Origin: an uncultured Hyphomicrobiales bacterium
GTDB lineage: Bacteria; Bacteroidota; Ignavibacteria; Kapaibacteriales; UBA2268
Reading direction: 5' to 3'
Assembly: GCA_964645005.1 (NCBI GenBank)
Contig: CAZXYS010000014.1
Coordinates: forward strand, 4,644 to 68,643
Length of the DNA stretch: 64,000 nt
Part shown: positions 29,964 to 40,700 of the stretch, one piece after another
Layout: each line of letters opens with the position of its first letter
Position numbering within the stretch: the first letter of the stretch is position 1
Position numbers and translations under genes: made by a program
Notes under the pieces: model-generated
The model's input: the letters and a program-made list of their open reading frames with translations, nothing else
Told to the model about the DNA's origin: nothing
Databases searched by the model: none

Positions 29964-32900
29964 CTATCGATTAATCATTAAAGAACCTGTCACGGGTTCG
30001 ACGTAAAGCACATTTTCAACGTTAATTCTATAATAATACGCTCCAACAGGTACTTTTCTGCCTTTTTTGTCAAAGCCGTCCCAATAAATCTCATTTTCAC
30101 CAAGGGATAGGTCTTTTTCCAGAGTCCTGATATGCTGTCCAACAGGATTATAGATCCGAATAACAGCAGTTCCGGCGTTTTCCGGTGCTTTATAAGTTAG
30201 ATTGAATGTCGTATTTTGTTCAAAAGGGTTGGGATAGTTCTTGTATTCAGTTATTTCATAGTTCCTGTTGATATTGAATCTATAAAGCACTGTATCCTTG
30301 TTTCCTGTTGCATCTTCTGCAGTAACCTGTATCCAGTGTTCCGTGAACTCGCTTGTTTGATCAAGTGAATCAGGTCTTAGTCTTAACAACAACTTGTATG
30401 ACGGATTCTGAGGATCCGGCTCTTTTATAAAATTATATTCTTTTGTATTATCCTGATTTTGATAATAACCGTTTATCTTAACTCTGATATTATCATTCGG
30501 TATCTCCAGTGGTGAATTATCATATATATTTATTTCGAACAGCGGGTTTTTAGGCAAATAAATACCTTCGTATAATTCCTGGCTGCCCGAGATAACCACA
30601 ATTTGAGGTTGTTCCTGATCTTCTCTGACATTTAAGATCGATTTTGCGGAATTATTAAATTTGTAAATGTCCATATCGGTACCATCCGGAGATAGTTGGA
30701 AGTTAACATCGTTTTCCGGATTATAACTCTTTGTGTTTACTATGAACTTTTCTTCAACTCTTTCATCAGGAAGCAAATGACTCTTTGAAAAATCAAATTG
30801 ATCAATTACAACATCTTCGGAGGATACTTCAGTATTGACTTTTACCTGATCGGCAGTTGTTCTAAGAGAAATATTCCGTATGGCAAAACCTATCTCCGTT
30901 TCTAAACCTCGCAGAACGGGAGTCTGTGATATTTTTATACTGCTCCTGGGGATTGCAAGTTCCGGTTGAGGAATAAATTCTGATCGTATCTCCGAAATAT
31001 AAGGCTCTTCTTTTATATTTTCGCCTCTGTTAAGAGTAATATCAATATCTATATAAGGATAATTCCCTGCTGATATTCTTGATAGATCTACCTTTCCGAA
31101 TTCATCAAACTCCAGTAATAAGTCCTTTTGGCTGCCGGAGACATTGTAACCTTGTACTATACCTTTAAGTTCGGTTAGATTGGGGGCAGTACTTCCGTCA
31201 ATACTGAAATTCTTCCATTCTTTAGCAGGTCCGATTCTGATGGTTTGCACACTTGCGGCTGTATCGTAAATAGGAACTTTTCCGTCGATTACAGCATCCC
31301 TGCCTTCGGGATCATGAGCTTCCACAACTTCATCCGGTACTGCATCTTTGAATGAAAACATTGCGTAGGAGGAGGATTTTTTAACGGAATCAAACAATGT
31401 TGTTGAAAATTCTTCTCTGAATACTTTTTTAAGTGTATCTATTGAACCAATGCTGGGAGGTGTACGCTTTGAAATGGGTACTTCGAAAGACCTGTCACAG
31501 GTAGCTATGAACACGTAATGGTTATTATTTATTGAATCTCTGATAAAATTAACCAGCTTTATCGATGAGGAATCATCCTTCCATGTGTCAAAGCCATGTA
31601 TCTTTCCTTCACCTGTATTTTTGGAGATAGTTACTACGCTGAAGCCCCTTGCATATTCGGTGTTTACATAAACATCAGAGTTTATTTCAATATTAGCCCA
31701 TCTTTTAGAAGGCGGAGTTCCCTTTGATGAAAGGCAGTAATAATCCACTTGTTTGTCAGGAATTTTATATTTGCCATGATTTTCATTGGTCAAATTGAAA
31801 TTATGTTTGTTCGATGATAATTCCTCAGCAGTATTTTGACTCCAATGTACAATTTCGCTGCCGCCTGTTTCAGAAGCATAAAAAGGTACTTTTAGCCATG
31901 TACTGAATTCTTGCTCATTCATGTTTCTTAATCTTGCGAAGAACCAGTAAGATGTACCATTTTCCAGTTCAATATCCGGTTTCCACTGGATGAAGGATTC
32001 ATCAATATCAAGGTCATCCGTATTTGCGCTGATAAGTGCATTCGCGCTGTCGACAGATGAAGTTTTTAGATGCATCTCGTATTCAAATTCACCTTCCTCA
32101 GCAAAGAGGTTTAATACCCTGAAGATCGGTTCACTGGAATTCACATCCCAGAATGCCATGGGATCAAGGACTGATACTCCCGGGGCGAACACATCTATGG
32201 TAGCTGAGACAGCATTATTTTCTCGATGAATCTCATTAGTTTCCTTCTCCGGGTCAATAATAACATCGATCACATGCTGCCCGGGCATATCTTTCACAGG
32301 TATTTTAAATGAGAAATTCTCATTATAGCAGGTACCGTTAATTTCAAAATCATAAATATCAGTTTTTCCATTGTAAATCCTTATAACCCTGACGATGTAT
32401 GGCTCCGGCAGTGATGTCCCGGCATTATAAATCGAACCGGAAATGGTCACCGAGTCATTTTCTGTGGTGATTATACTTGAACCTTCCTCAGATGCTAATT
32501 GAAAGTCACCTTTAAGGAAATATAGATCGGGAACTGTATCAATTTTAATTCTGGTATATGGATCGCCCAGATACAGATAGTGTTCCAGAGCCCTTAATTC
32601 CAGGTCATTTTTTGTTGATAAGGAAGCCTTGCCTGCAAAGAAAATCTCACCAAGTTCTCTTTTAGCATCTTGTTCCATACCCTGAAGCATGTAATACATT
32701 ATCTTTTTCTCAATAAGGGCACTGCTTACGGCTGTAGCACCCATAGACGCTATAGCCCCTTTCTCCGGAGCCATCAGATAAGATTCATTTCGGGAGTAAA
32801 CTTTTGGATTGGCAAATTCACCTGAATTACAGGAAAGCGTAGAAAAAATAAAATACTTGCCGTAATTATTCAGGGTCTGCACCTGCCAACCATCCAAATC

Positions 32901-35783
32901 AAAATATTCTGCTGAACCATGACCAAGGAAATTAGCCCATACTACCCCATCATTTATGATCTTGCGGACTCTACCAGCGTCTTTTTGCCCGATATTGGCT
33001 TCTTCGCTTTTGCACACCGATTCCGTAATACCACAGATCTCAGGACCTTCTATGTATGGAATGAATAATTCCTTGTCTTTGCAGAAGCCTCTTATCTCAG
33101 CAGGACCGTATCCACCCGAAATAAAGAAAAATTTCTTATGCCAGGGGGATATTTTTGAGGTGTCGTATTGAATCAGCTTATCAACAAAGTTTTCCGCAGT
33201 GTCGCTATTCCTGGCAGGAATTCTTCCGACTATAAAGTTGTTAACCTGCTTATCGTTGGATAATCCGTACCATGTATCACTGGTTGGAAGACCAAAGGTT
33301 GGAACAAGATCTTCGTATTGGGAATTCTTCCAGTTTAATTTAGGATCCCAGCTCGCATCGCCAAACATTATAGCATGTGTCGGTGCTTGTTTCCAATTAT
33401 CAAGTGTATATCTCAGAAAATTCCTTATGGCGTGAGGAGATTTCTTGCCATAGTTAAATTCTTTGTAAATGTCATCAACATTTACAACTTCAATATCGAT
33501 ATCTTGAAAATCTTTTCTGTGTTTAGCAAGTCTTTGTGCCTGATTTAATAAATTTTCATGAGAAATTATCAAGCCGTCGGCAGCGTTATTAGTGTCAGTC
33601 AGGTTAGACGAATTGGTCTTTTTTATCACAGCTTCTTCAACGGTTTTAGAATCATTCATGAAGAATTTGTAAGATGTCTGCTCCTTTATTTTAAGTTCAG
33701 CTTTGTAAGAAATCCCGGCATTGTCCTGAACAAATTTGGAAATTGCTGTCATACCGCTGTTTAATTGATCTCCACTGACAGATGTGCCTTTGCGGAAATA
33801 AAATGCATAGACATCACCCGCAGAATGAGAAGAAGCCCTGTTTAAACCGGCTGCCTTTAATTTATTCAGAAGTCCCTGATGTCCTATAGAGTTCTCGCCG
33901 TTATATACTCCTGATATAAATGTATTGTCAGGCAGGGCATCTATCAATGAAGAAACGTCACCCGGATTTTCATAAGTTTGTACTTTGGGAGTCCCCGGTG
34001 ATTCTACGGGTAGATACATAATGTGAAATCCTCTTTTCTTAGAGATCATACCGGAATCATTGATAACGACAGTAGCTGTAGGTTTATCGCCTGCAATACC
34101 ACCCATGTGAACTGTTGTACCATTCGATGCTTGTAGAAATTTAATGGTTTTGTTTAAGCTGTCAATAGCTGCTATATCAGGGGATTTGAAGCCTGTTACC
34201 TCAATTGAAGAGTTTTCATCAAGATATCCCGGATCAAATATGATATTACCTTTGTATGCCACCGGCTTTGAATTACCTTCCACAGCGTAATAGTCTATAC
34301 CTGCTTTTTTGGTCTTGAATGTATCGGTTGCCATTAACCGCAAACCTACATAATTCAAACCCGGCAGGATTGAGTTTTTTGTAAACTTACCTGTAAACTT
34401 TTTTTCTCTTATAAGGTCGAATCTTTGGATGTCCGCAGTGTCATAATTAACAAGAAAACGCAGTTCATATGAAGGTATGTGCCATGTTCCGTCAATAAAA
34501 ATTGAGTCCAATAAAGTCGTGGCTGCGGTGCTGACATCTATTGATTCCGAAGGATCATCAGATGGAAATACAAAAACAGGCTGTTGAAATTCTTTATCAA
34601 AGCTCTGGTCTATTATTGTCTGGTACCAACCTTCCGGGAAAATATTTTCAGTCTTAAGTAAATATTTGCCAATATAATATATCTTGTCATATTCGATTCT
34701 TTGGTTTATCTTAACCGAGCTAACTTTCTCGACAGTATTTACAGGATCGACATGCGAACTCAACCTGATTCCCCCGGAATTTTGATCATAATACAAATAG
34801 AAAGGCTCATTTTCAGTGTAATGATCAAACCAAGTTGAATCTCCAGCAGCCCGCCTGCCTAGAAAGTAGATTTTCTCATTTCCATCTATGGTATTATTAT
34901 CATCTGATATGTAGCATGGATATTCTTCTCCTTTATAAATCAGATGTAAGTTACTGGTTTTTTTGTTGTTCCATTCAGGGGCGTGCTTCAGGATATCCGT
35001 GACGTCAATCCTGGCTGCTCCGTCGGTAGTAGTCATGACTTTAAGATATTTCCTGTTAGGATCATACCAATCCGGAGCTGATAATATCTCAGGTGTTGTC
35101 TCCCCCTTATTGATCTTAACTTTTGAGTTAGAAACAAGATATCTAAGATGTTTCTTATTTACCACTCCCGAGAATAGTGCCCTTTCACCATTTGAAAAAG
35201 CTGCATCGGACATCGCTGCTTCCTTACCAAAGTCAATATCGACGGTGGATTGATCTAATACAGCTAAATCTCCGGACAGAGGATCATATCTAAAGGGCTG
35301 TATCGTAATCAAATATTCAGGCACTCCGCGCTGCTCACCTAAGTATTCGTAACTTACTGATGGTTCAATTATTTCTTTTGTAATTTGAATATCACTTCCG
35401 TTAATGAACCTTTTTCGTATGGAATCTTGCAGTAGATTACTGTACAAAGGTAAGTTTTTCTTACCGAGTGATTTAATGTTAAACTCGTCAATTTTAGTAT
35501 TTAAATTTGCGTTATGAGGTACTGCAGCAATGAATTTAATTACAGGAATTGCATAACCCGAAAAATTAACAAAAGGATCAACATGATCAGCATTATTGAT
35601 TGTTAACAGCTCAGTTTGATCATGGGTTAAGTATGAGGAAGTGCCAATGTCAGTTTGATTTAATTTTACTCTTAAACCTTCCGGCTTCTCAATTATTTCA
35701 ATGTTTTTGGCAAATAACGTATTTATTGCAAAAAACATTACAAGTATGAATGCGAGTTGTCTCTTCATTTGTATTCCATTCAA
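29964..35783 (-). CDS. gingipain-like cysteine peptidase (MEROPS C25 family) with a T9SS C-terminal sorting domain, 1939 aa
   Basis: A signal peptide is present. The His/Cys catalytic pair is in C25 order and spacing: ANFLGHGSAEYF ... FIFSTLSCNSGEF (compare gingipain GHGS ... CVNGDF). The C-terminus NYPNPFEQNTTFNLTY...AVIRIYNPVGQHIRTL...YYYRINV matches the Por secretion tail. Confidence 0.75.
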   Translation of the reverse strand: MNGIQMKRQLAFILVMFFAINTLFAKNIEIIEKPEGLRVKLNQTDIGTSSYLTHDQTELLTINNADHVDPFVNFSGYAIPVIKFIAAVPHNANLNTKIDEFNIKSLGKKNLPLYSNLLQDSIRKRFINGSDIQITKEIIEPSVSYEYLGEQRGVPEYLITIQPFRYDPLSGDLAVLDQSTVDIDFGKEAAMSDAAFSNGERALFSGVVNKKHLRYLVSNSKVKINKGETTPEILSAPDWYDPNRKYLKVMTTTDGAARIDVTDILKHAPEWNNKKTSNLHLIYKGEEYPCYISDDNNTIDGNEKIYFLGRRAAGDSTWFDHYTENEPFYLYYDQNSGGIRLSSHVDPVNTVEKVSSVKINQRIEYDKIYYIGKYLLKTENIFPEGWYQTIIDQSFDKEFQQPVFVFPSDDPSESIDVSTAATTLLDSIFIDGTWHIPSYELRFLVNYDTADIQRFDLIREKKFTGKFTKNSILPGLNYVGLRLMATDTFKTKKAGIDYYAVEGNSKPVAYKGNIIFDPGYLDENSSIEVTGFKSPDIAAIDSLNKTIKFLQASNGTTVHMGGIAGDKPTATVVINDSGMISKKRGFHIMYLPVESPGTPKVQTYENPGDVSSLIDALPDNTFISGVYNGENSIGHQGLLNKLKAAGLNRASSHSAGDVYAFYFRKGTSVSGDQLNSGMTAISKFVQDNAGISYKAELKIKEQTSYKFFMNDSKTVEEAVIKKTNSSNLTDTNNAADGLIISHENLLNQAQRLAKHRKDFQDIDIEVVNVDDIYKEFNYGKKSPHAIRNFLRYTLDNWKQAPTHAIMFGDASWDPKLNWKNSQYEDLVPTFGLPTSDTWYGLSNDKQVNNFIVGRIPARNSDTAENFVDKLIQYDTSKISPWHKKFFFISGGYGPAEIRGFCKDKELFIPYIEGPEICGITESVCKSEEANIGQKDAGRVRKIINDGVVWANFLGHGSAEYFDLDGWQVQTLNNYGKYFIFSTLSCNSGEFANPKVYSRNESYLMAPEKGAIASMGATAVSSALIEKKIMYYMLQGMEQDAKRELGEIFFAGKASLSTKNDLELRALEHYLYLGDPYTRIKIDTVPDLYFLKGDFQLASEEGSSIITTENDSVTISGSIYNAGTSLPEPYIVRVIRIYNGKTDIYDFEINGTCYNENFSFKIPVKDMPGQHVIDVIIDPEKETNEIHRENNAVSATIDVFAPGVSVLDPMAFWDVNSSEPIFRVLNLFAEEGEFEYEMHLKTSSVDSANALISANTDDLDIDESFIQWKPDIELENGTSYWFFARLRNMNEQEFSTWLKVPFYASETGGSEIVHWSQNTAEELSSNKHNFNLTNENHGKYKIPDKQVDYYCLSSKGTPPSKRWANIEINSDVYVNTEYARGFSVVTISKNTGEGKIHGFDTWKDDSSSIKLVNFIRDSINNNHYVFIATCDRSFEVPISKRTPPSIGSIDTLKKVFREEFSTTLFDSVKKSSSYAMFSFKDAVPDEVVEAHDPEGRDAVIDGKVPIYDTAASVQTIRIGPAKEWKNFSIDGSTAPNLTELKGIVQGYNVSGSQKDLLLEFDEFGKVDLSRISAGNYPYIDIDITLNRGENIKEEPYISEIRSEFIPQPELAIPRSSIKISQTPVLRGLETEIGFAIRNISLRTTADQVKVNTEVSSEDVVIDQFDFSKSHLLPDERVEEKFIVNTKSYNPENDVNFQLSPDGTDMDIYKFNNSAKSILNVREDQEQPQIVVISGSQELYEGIYLPKNPLFEINIYDNSPLEIPNDNIRVKINGYYQNQDNTKEYNFIKEPDPQNPSYKLLLRLRPDSLDQTSEFTEHWIQVTAEDATGNKDTVLYRFNINRNYEITEYKNYPNPFEQNTTFNLTYKAPENAGTAVIRIYNPVGQHIRTLEKDLSLGENEIYWDGFDKKGRKVPVGAYYYRINVENVLYVEPVTGSLMINR

Positions 35784-35930
35784 AATTTACAAATAATAAA
35801 AAGAGTAAAAAAAATCAATAAGAGCCCCGCATTATGTCGACTAATTTTTAATTTGAAAATTAAAACTAAATACTATAAAATCTTAAATGTAAGACTGAGT
35901 ATTATGATTAAAATTGTATTTAAATAAACA

Positions 35931-35980
35931 AAAATATTAAAAAATAAAAAAGCCGTATTAGTAATGACACTAATACGGCT
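35931..35980 (-). terminator. rho-independent terminator for the 36005-37369 gene
   Basis: On the minus strand, agccgtattagt-gtcatt-actaatacggct is followed by ttttttatttttt. Confidence 0.75.
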
Positions 35981-36004
35981 AAAAGGTCTCAAAATTATTT
36001 AAAA

Positions 36005-37369
36005 TTATTGATTCTGCCTTCTTGTGTTATCGCCTTTTTTGACATCTTCTCTGACGCCGACCATGATCTTCTCGGCAATTTCCTGAGCTATTACCTTTCT
36101 GATGTTATCATCGCTGGTCATGTATTCAGAGATAGCATTTTCAACTCTGTTCCGGATAATTTCAGCAGTTTGACCAACCAGTGCATTTGCAAGCTGGTGA
36201 ATATCACTCTGCTGCCCTTTAAGAGTCTCAAGCTGGCTTCTGTTGGCGTCTTCCATCTTCTTGAGCATCTTATCCATACGTTCTTCTTCTTCGGTGTAGA
36301 ACATAGTCACCGCAAGCAGGGTAAGCATAGTAAACTCAAGGAAAATAGCGAGCAGAATGAAAGAAGGTTTTGCTGCCGGGATAAACTTCAGACCACGAAT
36401 ACCAACAGCCACGATAAGGAATGCCGCACCGCCGTATGCCATACCTGTTACATTATTGGCATAACGCTCTGTGAAGTGGTGCGCCATGTAAAGACGCAGC
36501 CCTTTTCCAAAATAAAGGTGATTTCTGCGCCACATTAAGCCATCCTTGGTATCCTGGATTTCTTTTACGACAAAGTCTGAAAAGAATTCCTTGATCCTGC
36601 CGTAAAGTATGTCATTTCTAAAGCGAACCAAATCTACACTTTCGTCAAACAGATCATCAAAATTGACGTGATGTTTGGCGGAAGCAAGCTCTTCAGTTTC
36701 AGTTCTGTCCCAAATATTGATGAATGAATTCTCGACTTCGAATACTTCTTTCTCTGCCAGTGTATCATCAGGCATAATAAGAAGCTCGACGATTTCATCT
36801 GAGAATCCCGTTTGTAGTCGAATTTTGGTTTTGGTTTCATCCACTTGTTTCTCAAAGAACACTGCCATTAGTCCAAGACTTGATGGAAACAGGCTGGTTA
36901 AGAAAACACATAAGAAAAGAGCAATGACCATGGATATCCACCAAAACCCAACCCAGGGTTGCAAGATAATCGGATGCTCTCCAAGGGTTGGTGACTTAGC
37001 GTACCAGTCAATGGATGATTTAACATATCCATGTTCATCTGATGTTCTTTCTTTGAATGTGAAATCAAAAACATAATCGGGATTGATCAAATCTTTTTTG
37101 ATTTCAAGGTTTTTTCCTTTTAACTTAGGCTCTTCTTCTTTTGGAACCGATGCCCAAGCTAATCCTTCAAATTCAACAAACCCGATTTTTTCCAATTGTT
37201 CCCCGCTGGGCATAAACAACGGAACAACAAATTGCGCAGATATAAAGGGTATTACTTTAAACTGAAAAAGAACAAAAAACGCTGCAAAAAGTACCACAAA
37301 AACCAGTATGTGCTGGGCTCCCATTTTATACTTTTTACTTGCTGATTGGGATAGAGATGTTGTTGCCAT
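36005..37369 (-). CDS. hypothetical polytopic membrane protein with a C-terminal coiled coil
   Basis: 454 aa with an N-terminal TM cluster, a second TM cluster, and a C-terminal heptad-rich segment (MLKKMEDANRSQLETLKGQQSDIHQLANALVGQ). Confidence 0.5.
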   Translation of the reverse strand: MATTSLSQSASKKYKMGAQHILVFVVLFAAFFVLFQFKVIPFISAQFVVPLFMPSGEQLEKIGFVEFEGLAWASVPKEEEPKLKGKNLEIKKDLINPDYVFDFTFKERTSDEHGYVKSSIDWYAKSPTLGEHPIILQPWVGFWWISMVIALFLCVFLTSLFPSSLGLMAVFFEKQVDETKTKIRLQTGFSDEIVELLIMPDDTLAEKEVFEVENSFINIWDRTETEELASAKHHVNFDDLFDESVDLVRFRNDILYGRIKEFFSDFVVKEIQDTKDGLMWRRNHLYFGKGLRLYMAHHFTERYANNVTGMAYGGAAFLIVAVGIRGLKFIPAAKPSFILLAIFLEFTMLTLLAVTMFYTEEEERMDKMLKKMEDANRSQLETLKGQQSDIHQLANALVGQTAEIIRNRVENAISEYMTSDDNIRKVIAQEIAEKIMVGVREDVKKGDNTRRQNQ

Positions 37370-37603
37370 ATTTACCCTTACTCCTTAGTTATTTGAATTA
37401 ATTATTTTTTTCATCGGTTGTGTTGAATTTAAGTCCGCTCCGATCCGAAATTTACAAAAAAAAATTTATATTATTGTATAATCCTTAAATATTTTTTGTT
37501 ATTTATACTATTCTTCAAATTTAAAACATAGTTCAAAATAATCCAATTATAATTTTAAAATCAATTAAAATTTGTCGTTTTTAACTATTATACGTTTAAA
37601 TTT

Positions 37604-39457
37604 TTATTTTATATACAGTTTGAAGTTCTTGGGATTATACCATTTTTCCAACAGTTCAACAAATTCTTTGTAATTAGGAGGTTTAATAAAGTCACCGCTA
37701 ATACTAAGACTCCCTTTTATCGTAAAATATTGTACGTCTTCAATCACTGAAATATTAACTTTACCGGCTTCATTGGAAAAATCAATGTTTCCTATGTTAT
37801 GAACAATACTGCTGTTTTCGGGTATCTTGATCTTAAAGTGATATGATTCATTGACATTCCTATGTAATTTGACCGGTGTCTTTCTATCTGACTTAATTGC
37901 CGGAAAATCGAGAGTGTTGAAATCACCGGGATTAAAAGGGATGCTGACTTCCTTAAGATTTCCGGTATTTTGTGGCGGATTTTGGTCATTAATTTTAAAT
38001 TTCGCAGCGAAAGGAGCAAAATCTCCCGCTATGAAGTCGGGATTTTGAAGTTCCGCATCATAAGAATGTTTTGAGAAAGTGCTTTTGACTAATTTTTCAT
38101 TTTCCGATCTCTTTAATCCAGCCTGATAATGCCCGCCAATTTTCACTATACCATTGCCGGAAAATTTGCCTGTAGAGTCAATTTCCAGATTACATGATAA
38201 CTCAAAAATTCCCTTTTGAGCTTTTATCTTGTCTGTTTGCTTCCGAATTTCCGGCTCCCAAGGAGCAAAAAATTTCTTCCCATATAAATATTCAGGTGTA
38301 AAGCTGCTCTGATGTTTGTTTGGATCGAGATACACCTTCTTACCACCTTTTTCGCTGGGCGAGGCTATAACAATGGGATTTTCCAATTCCCCAAGAAACA
38401 ACTTATCATCCGGCATTGAAGCATCTTGCGAGAAAATTGCAGGATAAGCGCCAATATCCAGCGCTTTAAGCATTGCTGCAAATAGAATAGCCCTGTCGAG
38501 ATGATTCCCGACATTTCTGTCGAAGGCTTCCTGCGCCGGCATGGGTGTGCAGCCGGTTTTTAGCGGATCGCAGTTTCCCGTGCCTACATTATTATGGATA
38601 TGATCATAGATTTTGATGATCTTATCCATAGCCGTAAGTTCGTCGGTGGTGAGTTCTTTCACCGATTCTACCGCTTTGTCGTTAAGTGCGAATATATCTT
38701 CTGACTTACTTTTTATATGATCGATTATTTCGTTCTTTTTGGCAGATGAAAAATACAGTGCAGGGACAAATTTCTCGAAATCCGGCTGCTGCGTTTCCTG
38801 TGCCACAAGAGGAACATTTTTAAATTGCCATGTATAAACGTGGAAGCCCTCTTCATTTGTTTTGACCGGGGATTGTGAGCTATTTGCGAGATGGTGCTCA
38901 AAATATTGTCCGTTTGGCACTTTCACGATTACATTAAATTCTCTAACGGGGCTGCGCTTGCCTAAGACCACCTTCCCCTGCAAGCCTGGCAGAAAGTCCT
39001 TCTCTGATGTCAGGGTATAAGCAAATTCCACCGTGCAGCCAAACTCGAGCCCGGTATGTGTGACTACCATTTCCCTTAGATTCATCTCTGGAACATTATC
39101 GGACGCACATCTCGGCAGCACCTCGTTGAATGCATTTTCCGGCGAATGAACAATCTCGCCGGTGGTCATCTTAGTTGCCGACCGTTGGATTTCCAGTTCC
39201 TGATAGTCGGGATTGTAAACAATGAAAGATTCGCCCGACTTTCGATTAAGCGCATAGCTCGTAAGCACTTTTAATTCATGGGAATAGGTGAATTCAGTCG
39301 TGCCGTCCGGCTTCAACACGTAAACATGCGTTATCTTCTTATAGACTTCGTCGGCATTCTCTTCGGAATAACCGGCAGCATGTAAATTGCCGGCTAATAT
39401 TAATGCTAATAAGATTGTAAAAAAATTAGATTTCGATTTGTTCATTGATAATTCCAT
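37604..39457 (-). CDS. secreted transglutaminase-like-fold protein, predicted catalytically inactive (DUF3858-like)
   Basis: Signal peptide present. In the core motif VGNHLDRAILFAAMLKALDIGAYPAIF, His sits where transglutaminase-like enzymes carry the Cys. It is the last gene of an apparent three-gene operon. Confidence 0.55.
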   Translation of the reverse strand: MELSMNKSKSNFFTILLALILAGNLHAAGYSEENADEVYKKITHVYVLKPDGTTEFTYSHELKVLTSYALNRKSGESFIVYNPDYQELEIQRSATKMTTGEIVHSPENAFNEVLPRCASDNVPEMNLREMVVTHTGLEFGCTVEFAYTLTSEKDFLPGLQGKVVLGKRSPVREFNVIVKVPNGQYFEHHLANSSQSPVKTNEEGFHVYTWQFKNVPLVAQETQQPDFEKFVPALYFSSAKKNEIIDHIKSKSEDIFALNDKAVESVKELTTDELTAMDKIIKIYDHIHNNVGTGNCDPLKTGCTPMPAQEAFDRNVGNHLDRAILFAAMLKALDIGAYPAIFSQDASMPDDKLFLGELENPIVIASPSEKGGKKVYLDPNKHQSSFTPEYLYGKKFFAPWEPEIRKQTDKIKAQKGIFELSCNLEIDSTGKFSGNGIVKIGGHYQAGLKRSENEKLVKSTFSKHSYDAELQNPDFIAGDFAPFAAKFKINDQNPPQNTGNLKEVSIPFNPGDFNTLDFPAIKSDRKTPVKLHRNVNESYHFKIKIPENSSIVHNIGNIDFSNEAGKVNISVIEDVQYFTIKGSLSISGDFIKPPNYKEFVELLEKWYNPKNFKLYIK

Positions 39458-39462
39458 TATTG

Positions 39463-40689
39463 TTAATTCATCTTTTTCATTGGTAAAGTAAAGTAAAATG
39501 TAGTGCCTTTATTCTCTTCGCTTTCAACCCAGATCGAGCCTCCGTTTTTCTCAACGAATTCTTTGCAAAGGATCAATCCAAGCCCGGTTCCCTTTTCTTC
39601 TTTCGTTCCGGGTCTCGAGGATTGCTCTTCAATTTTGAACAGCTTATTTTTAATACTCTCATTCATGCCCATACCGCTGTCGTTTACGGACATAATGATC
39701 TTCTCATGGTTCTTCTCAGCTCGAATAGTGATATTATCATCTTTTCCACAGAATTTTATACTATTCGAAACAAGATTCCGTAAAACCGTGGCAATCATAT
39801 TTCTATCTGCGTAAGCCTGAATTTTTTCATCTATTTCATTTTTTACTATTACACCCTTAGAATTCGCAAAGTTTTTTAAAGTATAAGTGATTTGATTTGC
39901 CACTTCATTAAGATCAAGATCTTCAGGGTTGAAATCCACTTTTCCAAGCTGAGATCGTGCCCATCCCAATAAATTGGTTAGCAAATTATATGTTTGTCGG
40001 GAAGATTCGTTAATCATACTGATAAGTTCTTTTCTATCTTCTTCGGAAATTTCGTCGGATGCTTCTAATAGCTCTTTCGAAGCATTCAAAAGCACATTGA
40101 ACGGATTACGCAGATCATGCGCTATTATGGAAAAGAACTTATCTTTCCTCGTGTTCAGCTCTTTGTATTTTTCTTTCGATTCTTTTAGCGCAATTTCAGC
40201 TCTTTTTTTCTCGTCTATATCGAAAACTATTCCGGCAAGCTTCAGCGGATTACCGTTCTCATCTCTCTTAGTAACTATTCCCCGATCATAATACCATTTC
40301 CAGTTACCATCTTTCGTGCGGATTCGGTATTCTGTTTCGTAGGCGGGTTTTCTCATTTCGAGGTGGTCGCGCATATTCTGCATGGTATTTTCATAGTCAT
40401 CCGGATGAAGCATTTCCGTAAAACCCCAGACATCAGGATCGATTTCGCCCTCTTTATATCCAAGAGTTTCAATTTTTCTTTTGTTATAAATAACTTTGCC
40501 GGTGGGAACATCCCATTCCCAGCGCCCCAGATTACCTGCCCAGGCTAAATTGATGTCATCGTCTCTTAAAGAGAACTCTTCTTCCTGTCTTTTCTGCTCG
40601 AATTCAAGCACCTCGAGCTCTTTGATACGATTTTTCAGCCGCTCGTTTTCTTCGATAAGTTCTTGTTTGGTTCTTTTATCATCAGCCAT
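39463..40689 (-). CDS. cytoplasmic sensor histidine kinase (coiled-coil – PAS – HisKA – HATPase)
   Basis: No TM segment. PAS features (EWDVPTGKVIYNKRKIETLGY), H-box FSIIAHDLRNPFN, and the ATP lid GTGLGLILCKEFVEKNGGSIWVES are present. Confidence 0.9.
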   Translation of the reverse strand: MADDKRTKQELIEENERLKNRIKELEVLEFEQKRQEEEFSLRDDDINLAWAGNLGRWEWDVPTGKVIYNKRKIETLGYKEGEIDPDVWGFTEMLHPDDYENTMQNMRDHLEMRKPAYETEYRIRTKDGNWKWYYDRGIVTKRDENGNPLKLAGIVFDIDEKKRAEIALKESKEKYKELNTRKDKFFSIIAHDLRNPFNVLLNASKELLEASDEISEEDRKELISMINESSRQTYNLLTNLLGWARSQLGKVDFNPEDLDLNEVANQITYTLKNFANSKGVIVKNEIDEKIQAYADRNMIATVLRNLVSNSIKFCGKDDNITIRAEKNHEKIIMSVNDSGMGMNESIKNKLFKIEEQSSRPGTKEEKGTGLGLILCKEFVEKNGGSIWVESEENKGTTFYFTLPMKKMN

Positions 40690-40700
40690 AGTGAAAATCC

